Source: the human T2T-CHM13v2.0 reference genome, Homo sapiens. Taken from it: a DNA stretch of 64,000 nt. Location: assembly GCF_009914755.1 (NCBI RefSeq), contig NC_060928.1; one strand, written 5' to 3'. The first letter of the stretch is position 1. Each line of letters opens with the position of its first letter. Both the position numbers and the translations under genes were made by a program. This document shows, in pieces, positions 18,311 through 32,619 of the stretch. Below the pieces are notes generated by a model. That model saw only the letters and a list, made by a program, of their open reading frames with translations, ran no database searches and was not told the DNA's origin.

Positions 18311-19326
18311 TTACAATTTGGCAGGTTTTTGCAGTGGCTGGTACTGGTTGTTCCTTTCCATGTTTAGTGCTTCCTTCAGGAGCTCTTTTAGGGCAGGCCT
18401 GGTGGTGACAAAATCTCTCAGCATTTGCTTGTCTGTAAAGTATTTTATTTCTCCTTCACTTATGAAGCTTAGTTTGGCTGGATATGAAATTCTGGGTTGA
18501 AAATTGTTTTCTTTAAGACTGTTGGATATTGGCCCCCACTCTCTTCTGGCTTGTAGAGTTTCTGCTGAGAGATCAGCTGTTAGTCCGATGGGCTTCCCTT
18601 TGTGGGTAACCCAACCTTTCTCTCTGGCTGCCCTTAACATTTTTTCCTTCATTTTAACTTTGGTGAATCTGACAATTATGTGTCTTGGAATTGCTCTTCT
18701 CGAGGAGTATCGTTGTGGCGTTCTCTGAATTTCCTGAATTTGAGTATTGGCCTGCCTTGCTAGATTGGGGAAGTTCTCCTGGATAATATCCTGCAGAGTG
18801 TATTCCAACTTGGTTCCATTCTCCCCGTCACTTTCAGATACACCAATCAGAACTAGATTTGGTCTTTTCACATAGTCCCATGTTTCTTGGAGGCTTTGTT
18901 CATTTCTTTTTATTCTTTTTTCTCTAAACTTCTCTTCTTGTTTCATTTCATTCATTTCATCTTCCATCGCTGGTACCCTTTCTTCCAGTTGATCGCATCG
19001 GCTACTGAGGCTTGTGCATTCGTCACGTAGTTCTCGTGCTGTGGTTTTCAGCTCCATCAGGTTCTTTAAGGACTTCTCCGTATTGGTTATTCTAGTTAGC
19101 CATTTGTCTAATTTTTTTCAAGGTTTTTAACTTCTTTGCCATTGGTTCGAACTTCCTCCTTTAGCTTGGAGTAGTTTGATCTTCTGAAGCCTTCTTCTCT
19201 CAACTCATCAAGGTCATTCTCCGTCCAGCTTTGTTCTGTTGCTGGTGAGGAGCTGCGTTCCTTTGGAGGAGGAGAGGCGCTCTGATTTTTAGAGTTTCCG
19301 GTTTTTCTGCTCTGTTTTTTCCCCAT
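18311..19326 (-). pseudogene. L1 ORF1p, frameshifted near 19110
   Basis: Split into 72-aa MGKKQSRKTGNSK... and 248-aa ...ALNMERNNQYQPLQKPAKL frames. Confidence 0.93.
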
Positions 19327-19901
19327 CTTTGTGGTATTATCTACCTTTGGTCTTTGATGATGGTGACGTACAGATGGGGTTTTGGTGTGGATGTCCTTTC
19401 TGTTTGTTAGTTTTCATTCTAATAGTCAGGACCCTCAGCTGCAGGTCTGTTGGAGTTTGCTGGAGGTCCACTCCAGACCCTGTTTGCCTGGGTATCAGCA
19501 GCAGTGGCTGCAGAACCGCGGATATTGGTGAACTGCAAATGCTGCTGCCTGATCATTCCTCTGGAAGTTTTGTCTCAGAGGAGTACCCAGCCGTGTGAGG
19601 TGTCAGTCTGCCCCTACTGGGGGGTGCCTCCCAGTTAGGCTACTCGGGGGTCAGGGACCCACTTGAGGAGGCAGTCTGCCCGTTCTCAGATCTCAAGCTG
19701 CGTGCTGGGAGAACCACTACTCTCTTCAAAGCTATCAGACAGGGACATTTAAGTCTGCAGAGGTTACTGCTGCCTTTTGTTTGTCTGTGCCGTGCCCCCA
19801 GAGGTGGAGGCTACAGAGGCAGGCAGGCCTCCTTGAGCTGTGGTGGGCTCCACCCAGTTCGAGCTTCCCGGCCGCTTTTTTTACCTACTCAAGCCATGGC
19901 A

Positions 19902-20567
19902 ATGGCGGGTGCCCCTCCCCCAGCCTCGCTGCCGCCTTGCAGTTTGATCTCAGACTGCTGTGCTAGCAATGAGCGAGGCTCCGTGGGTGTAGGACCCTCC
20001 GAGCCAGGTGCAGGATATAATCTCCTGGTGTGCCCTTTATTAAGCCCATTGGAAAAGCGCAGTGTTAGGGTGGGAGTGACCCGATTTTCCAGGTGCCGTC
20101 TGTCACCCCTTTCTTTGACTAGGAAAGGGAATTCCCTGACCCCTTGCACTTCCTGGGTGAGGCAATGCCTCGCCCTGCTTCGGCTCACACACAGTGCGCT
20201 GCACCCACTGACCTGCACCCACTGTCTGGCACTCCCCAGTGAGATGAACCTGGTACCTCAGTTGGAAATGCAGAAATCACCCGTCTTTGGCATCGCTCAT
20301 GCTGGGAGCTGTAGACTGGAGCTGTTCCTATTTGGCCATCCCCAACTTTTTTTTTTGAGACAGGTTCTCACTCTGTCACTCCTGCTGGAGTGCAGTGGTG
20401 AGATCTCGGCTCACTGCGACCTCCAAATCCCGGGCTCAAGTGATTCTCCCACTTCAGCCCCTGCTAGTAGCTGGGACTACAGGCACGTGCCACCACACCC
20501 AGCTAATTTTGTATTTTTAGTAGAGACAGGTTTTGCCCTGTTGCCCAGGCCAGTCTTGAACTCGTGA
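19902..20567 (+). CDS. L1 ORF0 (antisense), extended and reading into the adjacent Alu; translation unproven
   Basis: [22 protein letters not shown]... matches the primate L1 ORF0 N-terminus; open for 221 codons. Confidence 0.45.
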
Positions 20568-20637
20568 GCTCAAGTGATCCACGTGCCTCAGCCTCCCAAA
20601 GTTCTAGGATTACTGGCATGAGCCACCACACCTGGCC
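20347..20637 (-). mobile_element. AluJ-type
   Basis: Reverse Alu with J-like features (gggctcaag, gagctcaagtg). Confidence 0.88.
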
Positions 20638-20647
20638 CGATTCCAAC

Positions 20648-20965
20648 TTTTTTTTTTTTTTTTTTTTTTTGAGATAGTGTCTCACTCTGTCACCCAGGCT
20701 GGAGTGCAGTGTTGCTATCTTGGCTCACTGAAAACTCCATCTCCTGGGTTCAAGCAATTCTCCTGCCTCAGCCTCCTGAGTAGCTGGGATTACAGGCACC
20801 TGCCACCACGCCTGGCTAATTTTTTTTCTTTTTTTTTTGTATTTTTAGTAGACAGGGGTTTTGCTGTGTTGACTAGGCTGGTCTCAAACTACTGACCTCA
20901 AGTGATCCGCCCACCTCAGCCTCCCAAAGTGCTGGGATTACAGACGTGAGCCACCACACCTGGCC
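20648..20965 (-). mobile_element. AluS-type
   Basis: Reverse Alu; flanked by CAACTTTT copies. Confidence 0.9.
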
Positions 20966-21469
20966 TCAACTTTTATATGAAGGACATTTTGGTTCCTTGA
21001 AAGAAAGTGATCCCTTCTGTTGACATCCTATTAATGTAAAAACTAAATACACAGTGATTCAGGTGGTTCTACTTGCCTTTAAATTTTAAATTCTAACTTG
21101 GTGCATGACTTCTATACAATCATCTCGAAGGTTGACTTAGGGGAAAGGAACAAAGGGCTCCTTCCTGCATATAAGCGCTGGTACAAAGATTGTTTTTGGC
21201 CTTCGAAATGTAAATTATACCACTAAACATAGCTGGAGGACTTTATACTTCATATATGAGAAGTGTATTTATTTAAATGCTCTCAAAATCCAACGTAACT
21301 TAGTGTGCCACCCCATGGAAGGTTATGCAATAGATCATGTATGTGGGTGATTGCCACCCCAGAGGTGCAGATAAATTTTGGTTTCACTAAAGAAATGCAC
21401 AGAGATTAGGTTACGTGCCCATGTTCTTGTAGCTAGTCACTAGGGAAACCAGGACTTAGGCTATGGACC

Positions 21470-21820
21470 TGTATTAGTGCATTTTCACGCTGCTGATAAA
21501 GACATACCTGAGACTGGGAAGAAAAATAGGTTTAATGGACTCACAGTTCCATGTGGCTGGCGAGGTCTCACAATCATGGTTGAAGGTGAAAGGCACTTTT
21601 TACATGGTGGCAGGCAAGAGAGACTGAGGAAGAAGCAAAAGCAGAAACCCCTTATAAAACCAGATCTTGTGAGACTTATTCACTACCACAAGAACAGTAT
21701 GGGGGAAACTGCCCCTGTGATTCAATTATCTTCCACTGGGTCCCTCCCACAACACATGGGAATCATGGGAGTACAATTCAAGATGAGGTTTGGGTGGGGA
21801 CACAGAGCCAAACCATATCA
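21470..21820 (-). mobile_element. THE1 (THE1C-like) MaLR solo LTR
   Basis: TG...CA termini, 351 bp, 5-bp TSD GGACC. Confidence 0.9.
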
Positions 21821-22243
21821 GGACCTAAAGGCAGCTATCCTACTGGTAGTCAATATCATAGGCTTTAGGGTTCATCAAACCTGTCTTTGACCTCTGCTTC
21901 TACCTCAGTAACTTTGGGCAAAGGAATTATGCTCTACCACATCTTCCTTGTTTCATGTTGAAATAGACACAGTGAAGATGTCTGGGAAGGGCCTGGCCTC
22001 TAGAAGGTGGCATCTAATACCATAGTCTCTTCTCCTTTCCCTGGGCCCTCAGCAACACACAACCTCAGGGGGTACCGTCCACTTTGTATTCCATGTTAAG
22101 GCAGAGTGCTTCCTGGGGTTGTGAGACTCAGAGGACCTTGCTTCTCCAACAAGCCCTCTTATTTGACACCTCAGATTTGCCAATAGTCTGTGTATAATTG
22201 ACTTATTCCCTAAAATGTTACTAGTCTTTGGTGATGAAGTTGA

Positions 22244-22606
<363 letters not shown>

Positions 22607-23373
22607 TAAACTGACACCTCAAATGTCTTAGTCTAAGTTATACATCTATACAGTACAATACTTGGACTGACTTAAACACCCATGAACATGGAAAAATGTT
22701 CATATATGAAACTAGTGAGATCTGTAAAATGTGTATACGTATGTGTTTAGAAGAGACAGGACTATAACAGATAAGTGCTTACTATATCTTAACTGCCTTA
22801 CATGTTCTACTTAGTCATCACATGATGTTGGTATTATTCCCATTTTGCAGATAGAAAACTAAGGCATGGCGAAGCTTAAGCAACTTGCCTAAGGTCGTTA
22901 GGTTAATAACTGATGTTCCTGAGATTCTAACCCAAGCCAATTGGCTCTAAGAGTCCATAGTATTTAATAATTCTTCCGGGGGCAGGGACAGACCTAACTT
23001 AAAAGGAATGAAGTTTAACCTTTATAGCTCCACACTTTAATGGCCCCTTCTAATAGTCTGGCTTGTGTGTCCTTGTAAAATTTGCAACAATAGGATATTA
23101 TTGTATTTTTATTCTCAAAAACATGGTTCTACACCTGTGTCTGGGTGTTAAGATTATGGGTGATTTAACTTTATATTCTAATTTTATAAGCTTTCTAAAA
23201 TTACATTATTTTTTATAATAAAAAAGCTTAAGTTTTTCCCCTAAGACAGAATTCTGCCATAAACTCCTGCTGGTTAATTCTAGCTTACTTCCATGTTTCT
23301 TTAATTTATAACTGAAGTCAGTGCAACTTACAGATTTAGTTGCCTGTCTTCTAAGACGTTTTTCAACAGGCTC

Positions 23374-23741
23374 TGTATTAGTCCGTTCTCATCCTGCTAA
23401 TAAAGATATACCTGAGACTGGGTAATTAATAAAGGAAAGAGGTTTAATTGAATCACAGTTCCACATGGCTGTGGAGGCCTCACAATCATGGCAGAAGGCA
23501 AAGGAGAAGCCAAGTCACATCTTACGTGGATGGCAGCAGGCAAGAGGACATGTGCAGCGGAACTCCCCTTTACAAAACCATCAGATCTCGTGAGACTTAT
23601 TCACTGTCACAAGAACAGCACAGGAAAGATCCACCCCCATGATTCAATTACCTCCCACTGGGTCCCTCCCATGACATGTGAGAATTACGGGAGCTACAAT
23701 TCAAGATGAGATTTGGGTGGGGACACAGCCAACACTTATCA
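23374..23741 (-). mobile_element. THE1 MaLR solo LTR
   Basis: TG...CA termini, 5-bp TSD GGCTC. Confidence 0.9.
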
Positions 23742-24277
23742 GGCTCCATTATAGGGCTACTTTATTTGTTTTTAAAAATTTTTTAATTTTCAGAGACAGG
23801 TTCTCACTGTCACCCACACTGGAGTGCAGTGGCACGGTCACAGTTTACTGTAACCTCAAATTCCTGGGCTCAACAATCCTTCCACCTTCCGCCTTCCAGG
23901 CGGCACAGCTCTGGTTGACAGCTTGGGCTATACAACCAGCTCCACCCCTTACCAGCTGGGTGCCTTGGCCGATGAACTCCCTAAGCCTCGATGTCCTCAT
24001 CTGTAGAGTGAGGTCAGTATCCGCCTCATAGGATTGTTGTGAGCAGCACATGAGAACATTGTGAAGTTCTTGGGGATGTGCCTGGAATGTATCAAGTGTT
24101 ATTGTTTTTACTTTTTATCACCACTTAGCTCCTTTCTTTATCTATGCTAATAGAGGGGAGTTCGGCGGGGATACATTAAAACTCCTTTTTCTCCAGTCTT
24201 AATCCCAAGGTACAAAGTGCCCTTTTCTGCTCAATGCCATACTAGACCTCATTCCCTGAGGGTAATGCCCTATTTCT

Positions 24278-24582
24278 TTCTTTCTTTTCTTTTTCTTTTT
24301 CTTTCTTTTTTTTTTTTTGAGACGGAGTCTCGCTCTGTCGCCCAGGCTGGAGTGCAGTGGCACATCTCGGCTCACTGCAAGCTCCGCCTCCTGGGTTCAC
24401 GCCATTCTCCCGTCTCGGCCTCCCGAGTAGCTGGGACTATAGGCGCCTGCCACCAAACCCGGCTAATTTTTTGTATTTTTTCACCGTGTAAGCCAGGATG
24501 GTCTCGATCTCCTGACCTCGTGATCCGCCCGTCTCGTCATCCCAAAGTGCTGGGATTACAGGTGTGAGCCACCGCGCCCCGC
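24278..24582 (-). mobile_element. AluY-type
   Basis: CpG-rich reverse Alu; 17-bp TSD GGTAATGCCCTATTTCT. Confidence 0.92.
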
Positions 24583-25003
24583 GGTAATGCCCTATTTCTA
24601 AAAGAAGTTTTCCTAAAAGTTATCTTAAACCATAGTGCCCAAACCATCAATGCCTTGTTCATTGCAGTGAGACGAATGCATTTTGCCTTACATTAAAGCA
24701 TGAAGAATATAAGTGTATTTACCCTCTTGAGGTTACCAATTTTTAAAAGGGAATGATATAATTTAAAATTTAAAAGCTAATTTTCTAAGGACAAGAAGTA
24801 TTTTAAAAACAGATCAATAGGTTTTTGCTTTGGTTGACATAAGGTATCTCTAGTCATCAAAATAAACAACCTTTAAATGTCCAGCATTTGGATGTTTAAA
24901 TCCAAACTGAGCGGCTAATATCTTGAATTAACCCATTTCACACCCAAGCACACCGACTAATACGGGAAGGCAGATGATGTATTCAAGGCTATGTGCACTA
25001 TAT

Positions 25004-25018
25004 CCAGTAGGTGGCAGC
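25004..25018 (+). promoter_or_regulatory. Candidate CTCF binding site CCAGTAGGTGGCAGC
   Basis: Matches CTCF core consensus CCASYAGRKGGCRS, in non-repeat sequence. Confidence 0.6.
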
Positions 25019-25584
25019 ATAGGAAAACTTATGGCACTATTGTAGCTGGTAGGATGAGCCAGAAATCTTAATACCAGGAGCAGTTGGTGACTGCCCTTCT
25101 TAGGCAAGATGGAGCAGTTTGATAGCATATCCCATATCATTCTTTATTTTAGCGCCGTGTTTCAGACTGGATGAATTTGTCCAGCTACAGATTGGCTAAA
25201 GCTGGCCCTGTGAATTGCTTGTTGGTCCATTCATATTTTTGGGTAGGTTCTATTTATTTTTTCATGAAAGTAAAATGAAAGAGAGAAGCAGTAATAATTT
25301 CACAAGTTCACTATAATGAATGTCTCTTCTGCTTACGTCGAGTTAGATATTATCCCAAATATAATTGATTTTATGTAATCAATTATATTATCAGTTCTAC
25401 TTCTAGTAAAACCTTGCTTTCAAATCTATCTTAACATAAGGGTTTAATATAAACCAGTTTGACTTTTCCATCAAGAAAACTGAATCTGGTTCCAACATTG
25501 ACATTAATTAGTTGGGTTACATTAATCAATTCTCTTTTCTTTTTTTGGTCTCAAATGTGTGTGTGTGTGTATATATATATTTTT

Positions 25585-25888
25585 TGTTTGTTTGTTTTTT
25601 GTTTTGAGATGGAGTCTCACTATGTTGCCCAGGCTGAAGTGCAGTGGCGTGATCTTGGCCTACTTCAGCCTCCACCTCCTGGGTTCAAGCAATTTTCCTG
25701 CCACAGCCACACAAGTAGCTGGGATTACAGGTGTGTGCCGCCACACCCAGCTAATTTTAAGTATTTTTAGTAGAGACAGGGTTTTACTATGTTGGCCAGG
25801 ATGGTCTAAAACTCCTGACCTCAAGTGATCCGCCCACCTCAGCCTCCCAAAGTGCTGGGATTATAGGCGTGAGCCACTGTATCCAGCC
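25585..25888 (-). mobile_element. AluS-type
   Basis: Reverse Alu dimer. Confidence 0.9.
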
Positions 25889-26706
25889 TCAATTATATTT
25901 TAAAATAAAAGAATTAGGTAGGCTTGAATTCTACTAAAGTCTCATATCCTATTATGTACCACAAGCTTTGAAAATGTTCTTTTTTTTTTTTTTGAGAAGA
26001 TAGTAGCAGCAATGAAATAATAGTTATTATTTTCCAGGGTAACAATTTTAAGAGATAAATACCCATTTGCATACGTAAATCCTAATTAATCCCATTCCCT
26101 TGTGGTCATAATTCCAACAATGGCAATTAGATGTGGCACGTTTGGGTTGGGAACAGATCCTCAATTTAGGAGTTTTTCTATGATCTATATTTTTTTACTT
26201 AATGTAATTTGTTTCATTGTAATACACATTTGTTTCCCTTTTAGTGCTTTTTTGGGGTTCTTACAATAGAGCTGATAATCTTTTTAATGGGTGCTTTCAA
26301 AAGAAAGAGGTGATGAGATAAGGATCAGAACTGCTGAAAGACATGTGGGAAGTAGCAGTGTTTTTCTTCTAGACTCAGAACCTGGAAAGATTTTTTAAGA
26401 GTTTAAATGTGACTCAATCCTTTGTCTTATACATGAATCCTCTCTGCTTTTCTATTCAGCCATTGGGTTATTTTTGAATCCCTAGTTCTAGTAAAGCTCA
26501 AATGCGAGTGCTTCAAAGAAGTGCATTATTTATGAACCACCAAGCTGAGGACCAAAACAGGTTTTATGAGAAACTTAATTTTAACAACATAGTGTTAATT
26601 TTCCATAAGCAACTTAATTATCTATGCTAATAGAGGGGATTATGGCTTGAATACATTAAATCCGCTTTAAACTAACTTAAATATTTTAATATTATTGTTT
26701 CTGTTA

Positions 26707-27030
<324 letters not shown>

Positions 27031-27101
27031 GTGGGGGGCATATAAGTTCAAAAGGAGTTTATAAACGATTCAGCGTCCTGATAGTGTCACTTATCACAAC
27101 C

Positions 27102-27836
<735 letters not shown>

Positions 27837-27885
27837 GACTAAAGCCAAGTACTGAGCCAGAGATACTCCCTGCCTCTCCTGTATC

Positions 27886-28283
<398 letters not shown>

Positions 28284-29921
28284 TAAGTTTCCATGTGTCT
28301 CCATGGCCATTACTCTCATCGTTTGTAACTGCTGTTATACTCTATGATACTAATATACAATATTATAATTTAATGTAATTATTCTTTTTATAACAGTATT
28401 ACATTTTTTGTTATGAAATACAGTCCAAGGTGACAGCAGGGTCAGTATCTGGTTAGGGCCCTCTCCTTACACTACAGACAGCAACCTTCTCAATATACCC
28501 TCACATGCTCTTTCTTTGGTGCCTGCAGTGGACAGAAAGAGAGAGAAAGTCCTTTGGTGTCTCTTCCCATAAAGGCGCTAATGCCACCACGATGGCCCCA
28601 CCCTCATGATGTCATCTAAACTTAATCACCCCAAAGGCCCCATCTCCAAATACCATCACACTGGGGCTTAGGGCTTCAGTTGATGAATTTCAAGGGGATA
28701 TAATTCAGCCCATAGCAGAAGTTCACCCTCAAAACAACCTAGTAGCACAAATTCACCTCATGCTAACTTACATATGATTGGATATATTTTATATTAAATA
28801 ACACAAAACAATTTTAGGTACATGGGAGTCGTACAACAGTTGCTTCAAAAAATACATGCTTGGGGGTTGGTGATTAGGGGTGACTTTGGGATCTACGTCA
28901 GGGGCTCACCATCCTCATCAGAAATCCTTCACTCCTCCAGAGAAAGGGCAGCCACATAATCATTTGCCCAGGCCCCAAATGCTCTACCTGGGTTGTTTGA
29001 TTGGCTTGAGCAAAAGGACTTTGATGTTCCTTCGGCTGAGCTCAAAGGACTGCTCAGCTGCCGTAGATTATCCCAAAGTTCTGTGTAGTCAGATTGCCTG
29101 GTGCTTTATTCCTAAGCTGCTTTTATGCCTTCCCGTCCTCACCTTGCCTGACTCCTGAGCAGCAGGGCCCACCGTTCACCTCTTGGCCAGTTCCAGCTTC
29201 AGCAAGTGCACGCTGTTAGTTGACCTTTGACTCTCAAGTCTGCCAGCCCCACAGCTGCTTCTTTTAAGAAATTTGTAATGCCCCCTTTACTCTCCTAAAA
29301 TAAAATTCATAGCTAATATAACCTACCTACACATATAATGTTTACAAATCAATTTAAAGACACAAAATATGTATTTTTTTCAACCTGTAAACGCTCAGTT
29401 ATTACTCCATAAGATGCATAAAGTAGGGAGAGGCTTGTATGTAAACATGAGATCCCTGAGAGAGGAACAGACACACAGCTGATGTAATCAGGGGTCACAG
29501 CAGCTCATTATTGGCCATGGGAAGTTTCCAAAATGGTGAACCATCTTGGCAAAATTCCAAACACAATTATATTACATTCTGCCCTTGATTTACCCCATAA
29601 TTGCACTTATGAAAACTTCAGTGCAAAAACTCTGTGAAAAATATTTTATATATAGGATCAGAAAATTATACACAGATTTTTCATCTACAAGAGTCCCCAT
29701 GGGGACATTCAAAAGCTGTGTAAGACGCAGCACAAATTCCTCATTGTATGAGACTGCCTTCTGGTGACTCGGGCCCTGAACACTAAATGCCAGTGGGACC
29801 TACCCTACTATGATTACAACAACAAAATATTTGCCCACACATTTCCAAAACAGCCCTTAGGGGTTGGCACTACCACCCCTAAGGACCACTTAGCTAGACT
29901 GGAGAATCTTTAATAACTAAT

Positions 29922-30462
29922 CTGTGCTTGGCAGAATTCTAAAATGGTCCCCAAGATTCCCAGCCCCTGGTGCACAGACACCTTCTCCCAGGTATTTAAT
30001 CCGACACTAATCTAGATGCTGCACTGAAGGGATTTTGCAGGTGTAATTAAGGCTCCAAATAAATGGACATTAAGATAGAGAGATTATACTCAGTTGGCCT
30101 GACCCAGTCCTTAAAAAGGACTGGGCTCTTTCTGGCAAGGGAACGACTGGCAGCCTTGAGGGGCTAAGACTGGTCTGCAACTGACCATCAGCAAGGAAAT
30201 GAGGATGTAAGTTCTACAACCGCAAGGACTTGAACTTGACCAACTGTCCCATATAAGCCTGGAAACTGATTCTTCCCCCAGAGCTTTAGAAAGGGACATA
30301 GCCCAGCCAACTCCTTAATTTCAACTTTTAAGTTTCTAAGAAGAGAACCCAGTCACTCTGTGCTAGACTTCTAACCTGCAGAATTATGCTCTAATGAAGG
30401 AGTGTTGATTTAAGCCTCTAAGTTTGTGGTAATTTGTTATGCAGCAACAGAAAACTCACACA
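29922..30462 (+). mobile_element. MLT1-type MaLR LTR
   Basis: Characteristic 3' end aagtttgtggtaatttgttatgcagcaacagaaaact. Confidence 0.75.
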
Positions 30463-31724
30463 TAATTTAATTTTATTTATTTTTTTTTAAGAGACAGGGT
30501 CTCCCTGTATTGTCCAGGCTGTTCTCGAACTTCTGGCCTCAAGCAATCTTCCCACCTTGGCTTCCCAAAGTGCTGGGACTGCAGGTTTGAGTCACTGTAC
30601 CTGGTCTCACACATAATTTAATAAGGCAATGCAATGTGTTCACTAAAACACTGGGCATCCCCCTTGTTGCCCTCTGTCAACCACCCATTCTCTGTCCCTA
30701 CCACTGACCCTCATGGTTGGACTGGGAAGAAGTCATATTGATTCTTCTCAGTTCCTTGCCCTCTCTATCTCTCTGAATATGAGGGTGAAAAGCATACACT
30801 GAAATTCCAAAAACTGACCACACTCCCTGATTCTAGATCCTCCCTGAGGATGTTGAAGGTCATCTGGGTTCTCTGGTTCAGCCCACAGCCTATGTTTACC
30901 TCATTTATAACCTCTGCTTATGCTTTTCATCATGAGGCACTGTGCTGGTGAAACCTAAACAGGAAAAGTAATGTGTAACCTTAACTATTTATTGAAATCT
31001 GATCCGCATGTTTTACTCATTGCTGCAGAAGGTCACATAAATCTAATCTGTATGAAAACAATGAAAAAATGTTCTTCAGCATGCATGGGACTGAAATACT
31101 TCACATTTTGTGTGCAGGAAAGAATCCCAGGCCCTCAGGTATGACCCATTGCCTACTTCCCTCTGGGACTATTTTTTTCTGTGTTCTCCCACCCCCCACC
31201 GCCCTTTGCAGGCATCAGCCACCAGAAATGCCACCAACAGAGTCAGTTCACTCTGGAAGGCTCTCTTTTTTGTTCCTTTTGGAAACACGAAAGCCACATT
31301 TGAGAGCTTTATGATAATTATTATTTTAAAATTTAAAGCCCATAAAATCATCTTTGAAATAAAGAACAACAGTTGGCTCAGAGACCAGGCTTAGTTTTTC
31401 TACTTCATGTGCCTATATTTGCTTCCGTGGGATGCTATGGACCCATGCCCCTTTTTGTAAAGACATGTGGTGCCAGTATAGAGGCCATAAGTTTACTATT
31501 ATTTGTGCAATTGACTTATTTCATGAATTTGCCCCCAGACTGTCTTCTGATATTGTTTACCCAATCACAAAAGGGGCCTTCAAATATTTATAGCATTTCC
31601 TTCTTTTTTGCCTTACAATATACTCTGGATTTCTCAAACTTTTGAAATCAGCATGCATTGTACATTAATTTTCTTCCTAATCTTTCCCTCTGATTATATA
31701 TCTCCCCCATTTTCTTAATCGCTT

Positions 31725-32618
31725 TGACACAGGATTCTTTTGGTGCCACTTTGCCAGACAAAAATCTCCACCGTCAGCAGTTCCTCTGCTGGGGCTTCAC
31801 ATGGGCCTGCTGGGCTCACCTCACCCACTCTGCTCAGCAGGCTGCGCTCTGCTCATGCTACTGGCCCAGATCGCACGCCTGCTGTGGCTCTGTGCCCAGC
31901 CTGTGGCTGGTTAAGGCGTGCGGTGACCAGCTTCTGCCTTGGGTGCCGGCGTCTGGACAAGGGAGATGTGGTGGTACCCAAAAACTCGGAGATGCCAGCA
32001 ACTGCAGAGCCCCCAAGGGGTGTTACAGCTTTTGGTTGGGGAGTCCCAAGGTCTGAGCCCCCAGGAAGTGTCACAGCTTGTTCGGTCCTGCTGCCCGCAG
32101 CTCAGTGAATGGGGGTGTGTGGTGTCAAGTGGTTTTTTCACTCCGGTAGCTCTGCGAGCAGGAATGTATGTTACAGCTCTTTTCGCACCCTCCATTCAGC
32201 AGGTTCCAGGTTCTTGTCCCGTGACCAAGAGGAATGAGGTATGCAGACATCAGAGAGTGAGCAAGGCAGATAAAATTTTATTGAGCGAAAGAAAAGCTCT
32301 TGACAATGAGAGGGACCCTGAAACGAGCAGCCCTCTGTGTGAGACGGGGCTGAAAGTGGGTAGTGGTCTGTGGGGCTGAGTCCGGGGTTTTCTGTGGGCT
32401 CAGAATAGGAGAGTGTGTGCTAATTGGTCCATGATTTGGCCTGGAAAAAGCACCATTCGATTGGCTAAAAGGCATGAAGGAAGTTCTCACTGTGGTCGTG
32501 GACTCCACCCAGAACTGGCAGTTTGGTTTTCCAGCTTCATGCTGTCTTTGACTTGAAGGTCGGGTTTCACCGGGGTCCTGTCCCTGTCTGCCTAGGAATT
32601 TGTTTCCTGCTGCTATCA
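31725..32618 (-). mobile_element. ERV1 solo LTR (LTR27/LTR28-like)
   Basis: TG...CA termini, 894 bp, 4-bp TSD GCTT typical of class I ERVs; subfamily from recall. Confidence 0.75.
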
Positions 32619-32619
32619 G

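Noticed and set aside
31724-32508. Dense cluster of 70-146 aa ORFs
   Set aside because: All lie within a GC-rich solo LTR; no gag, pol or env similarity
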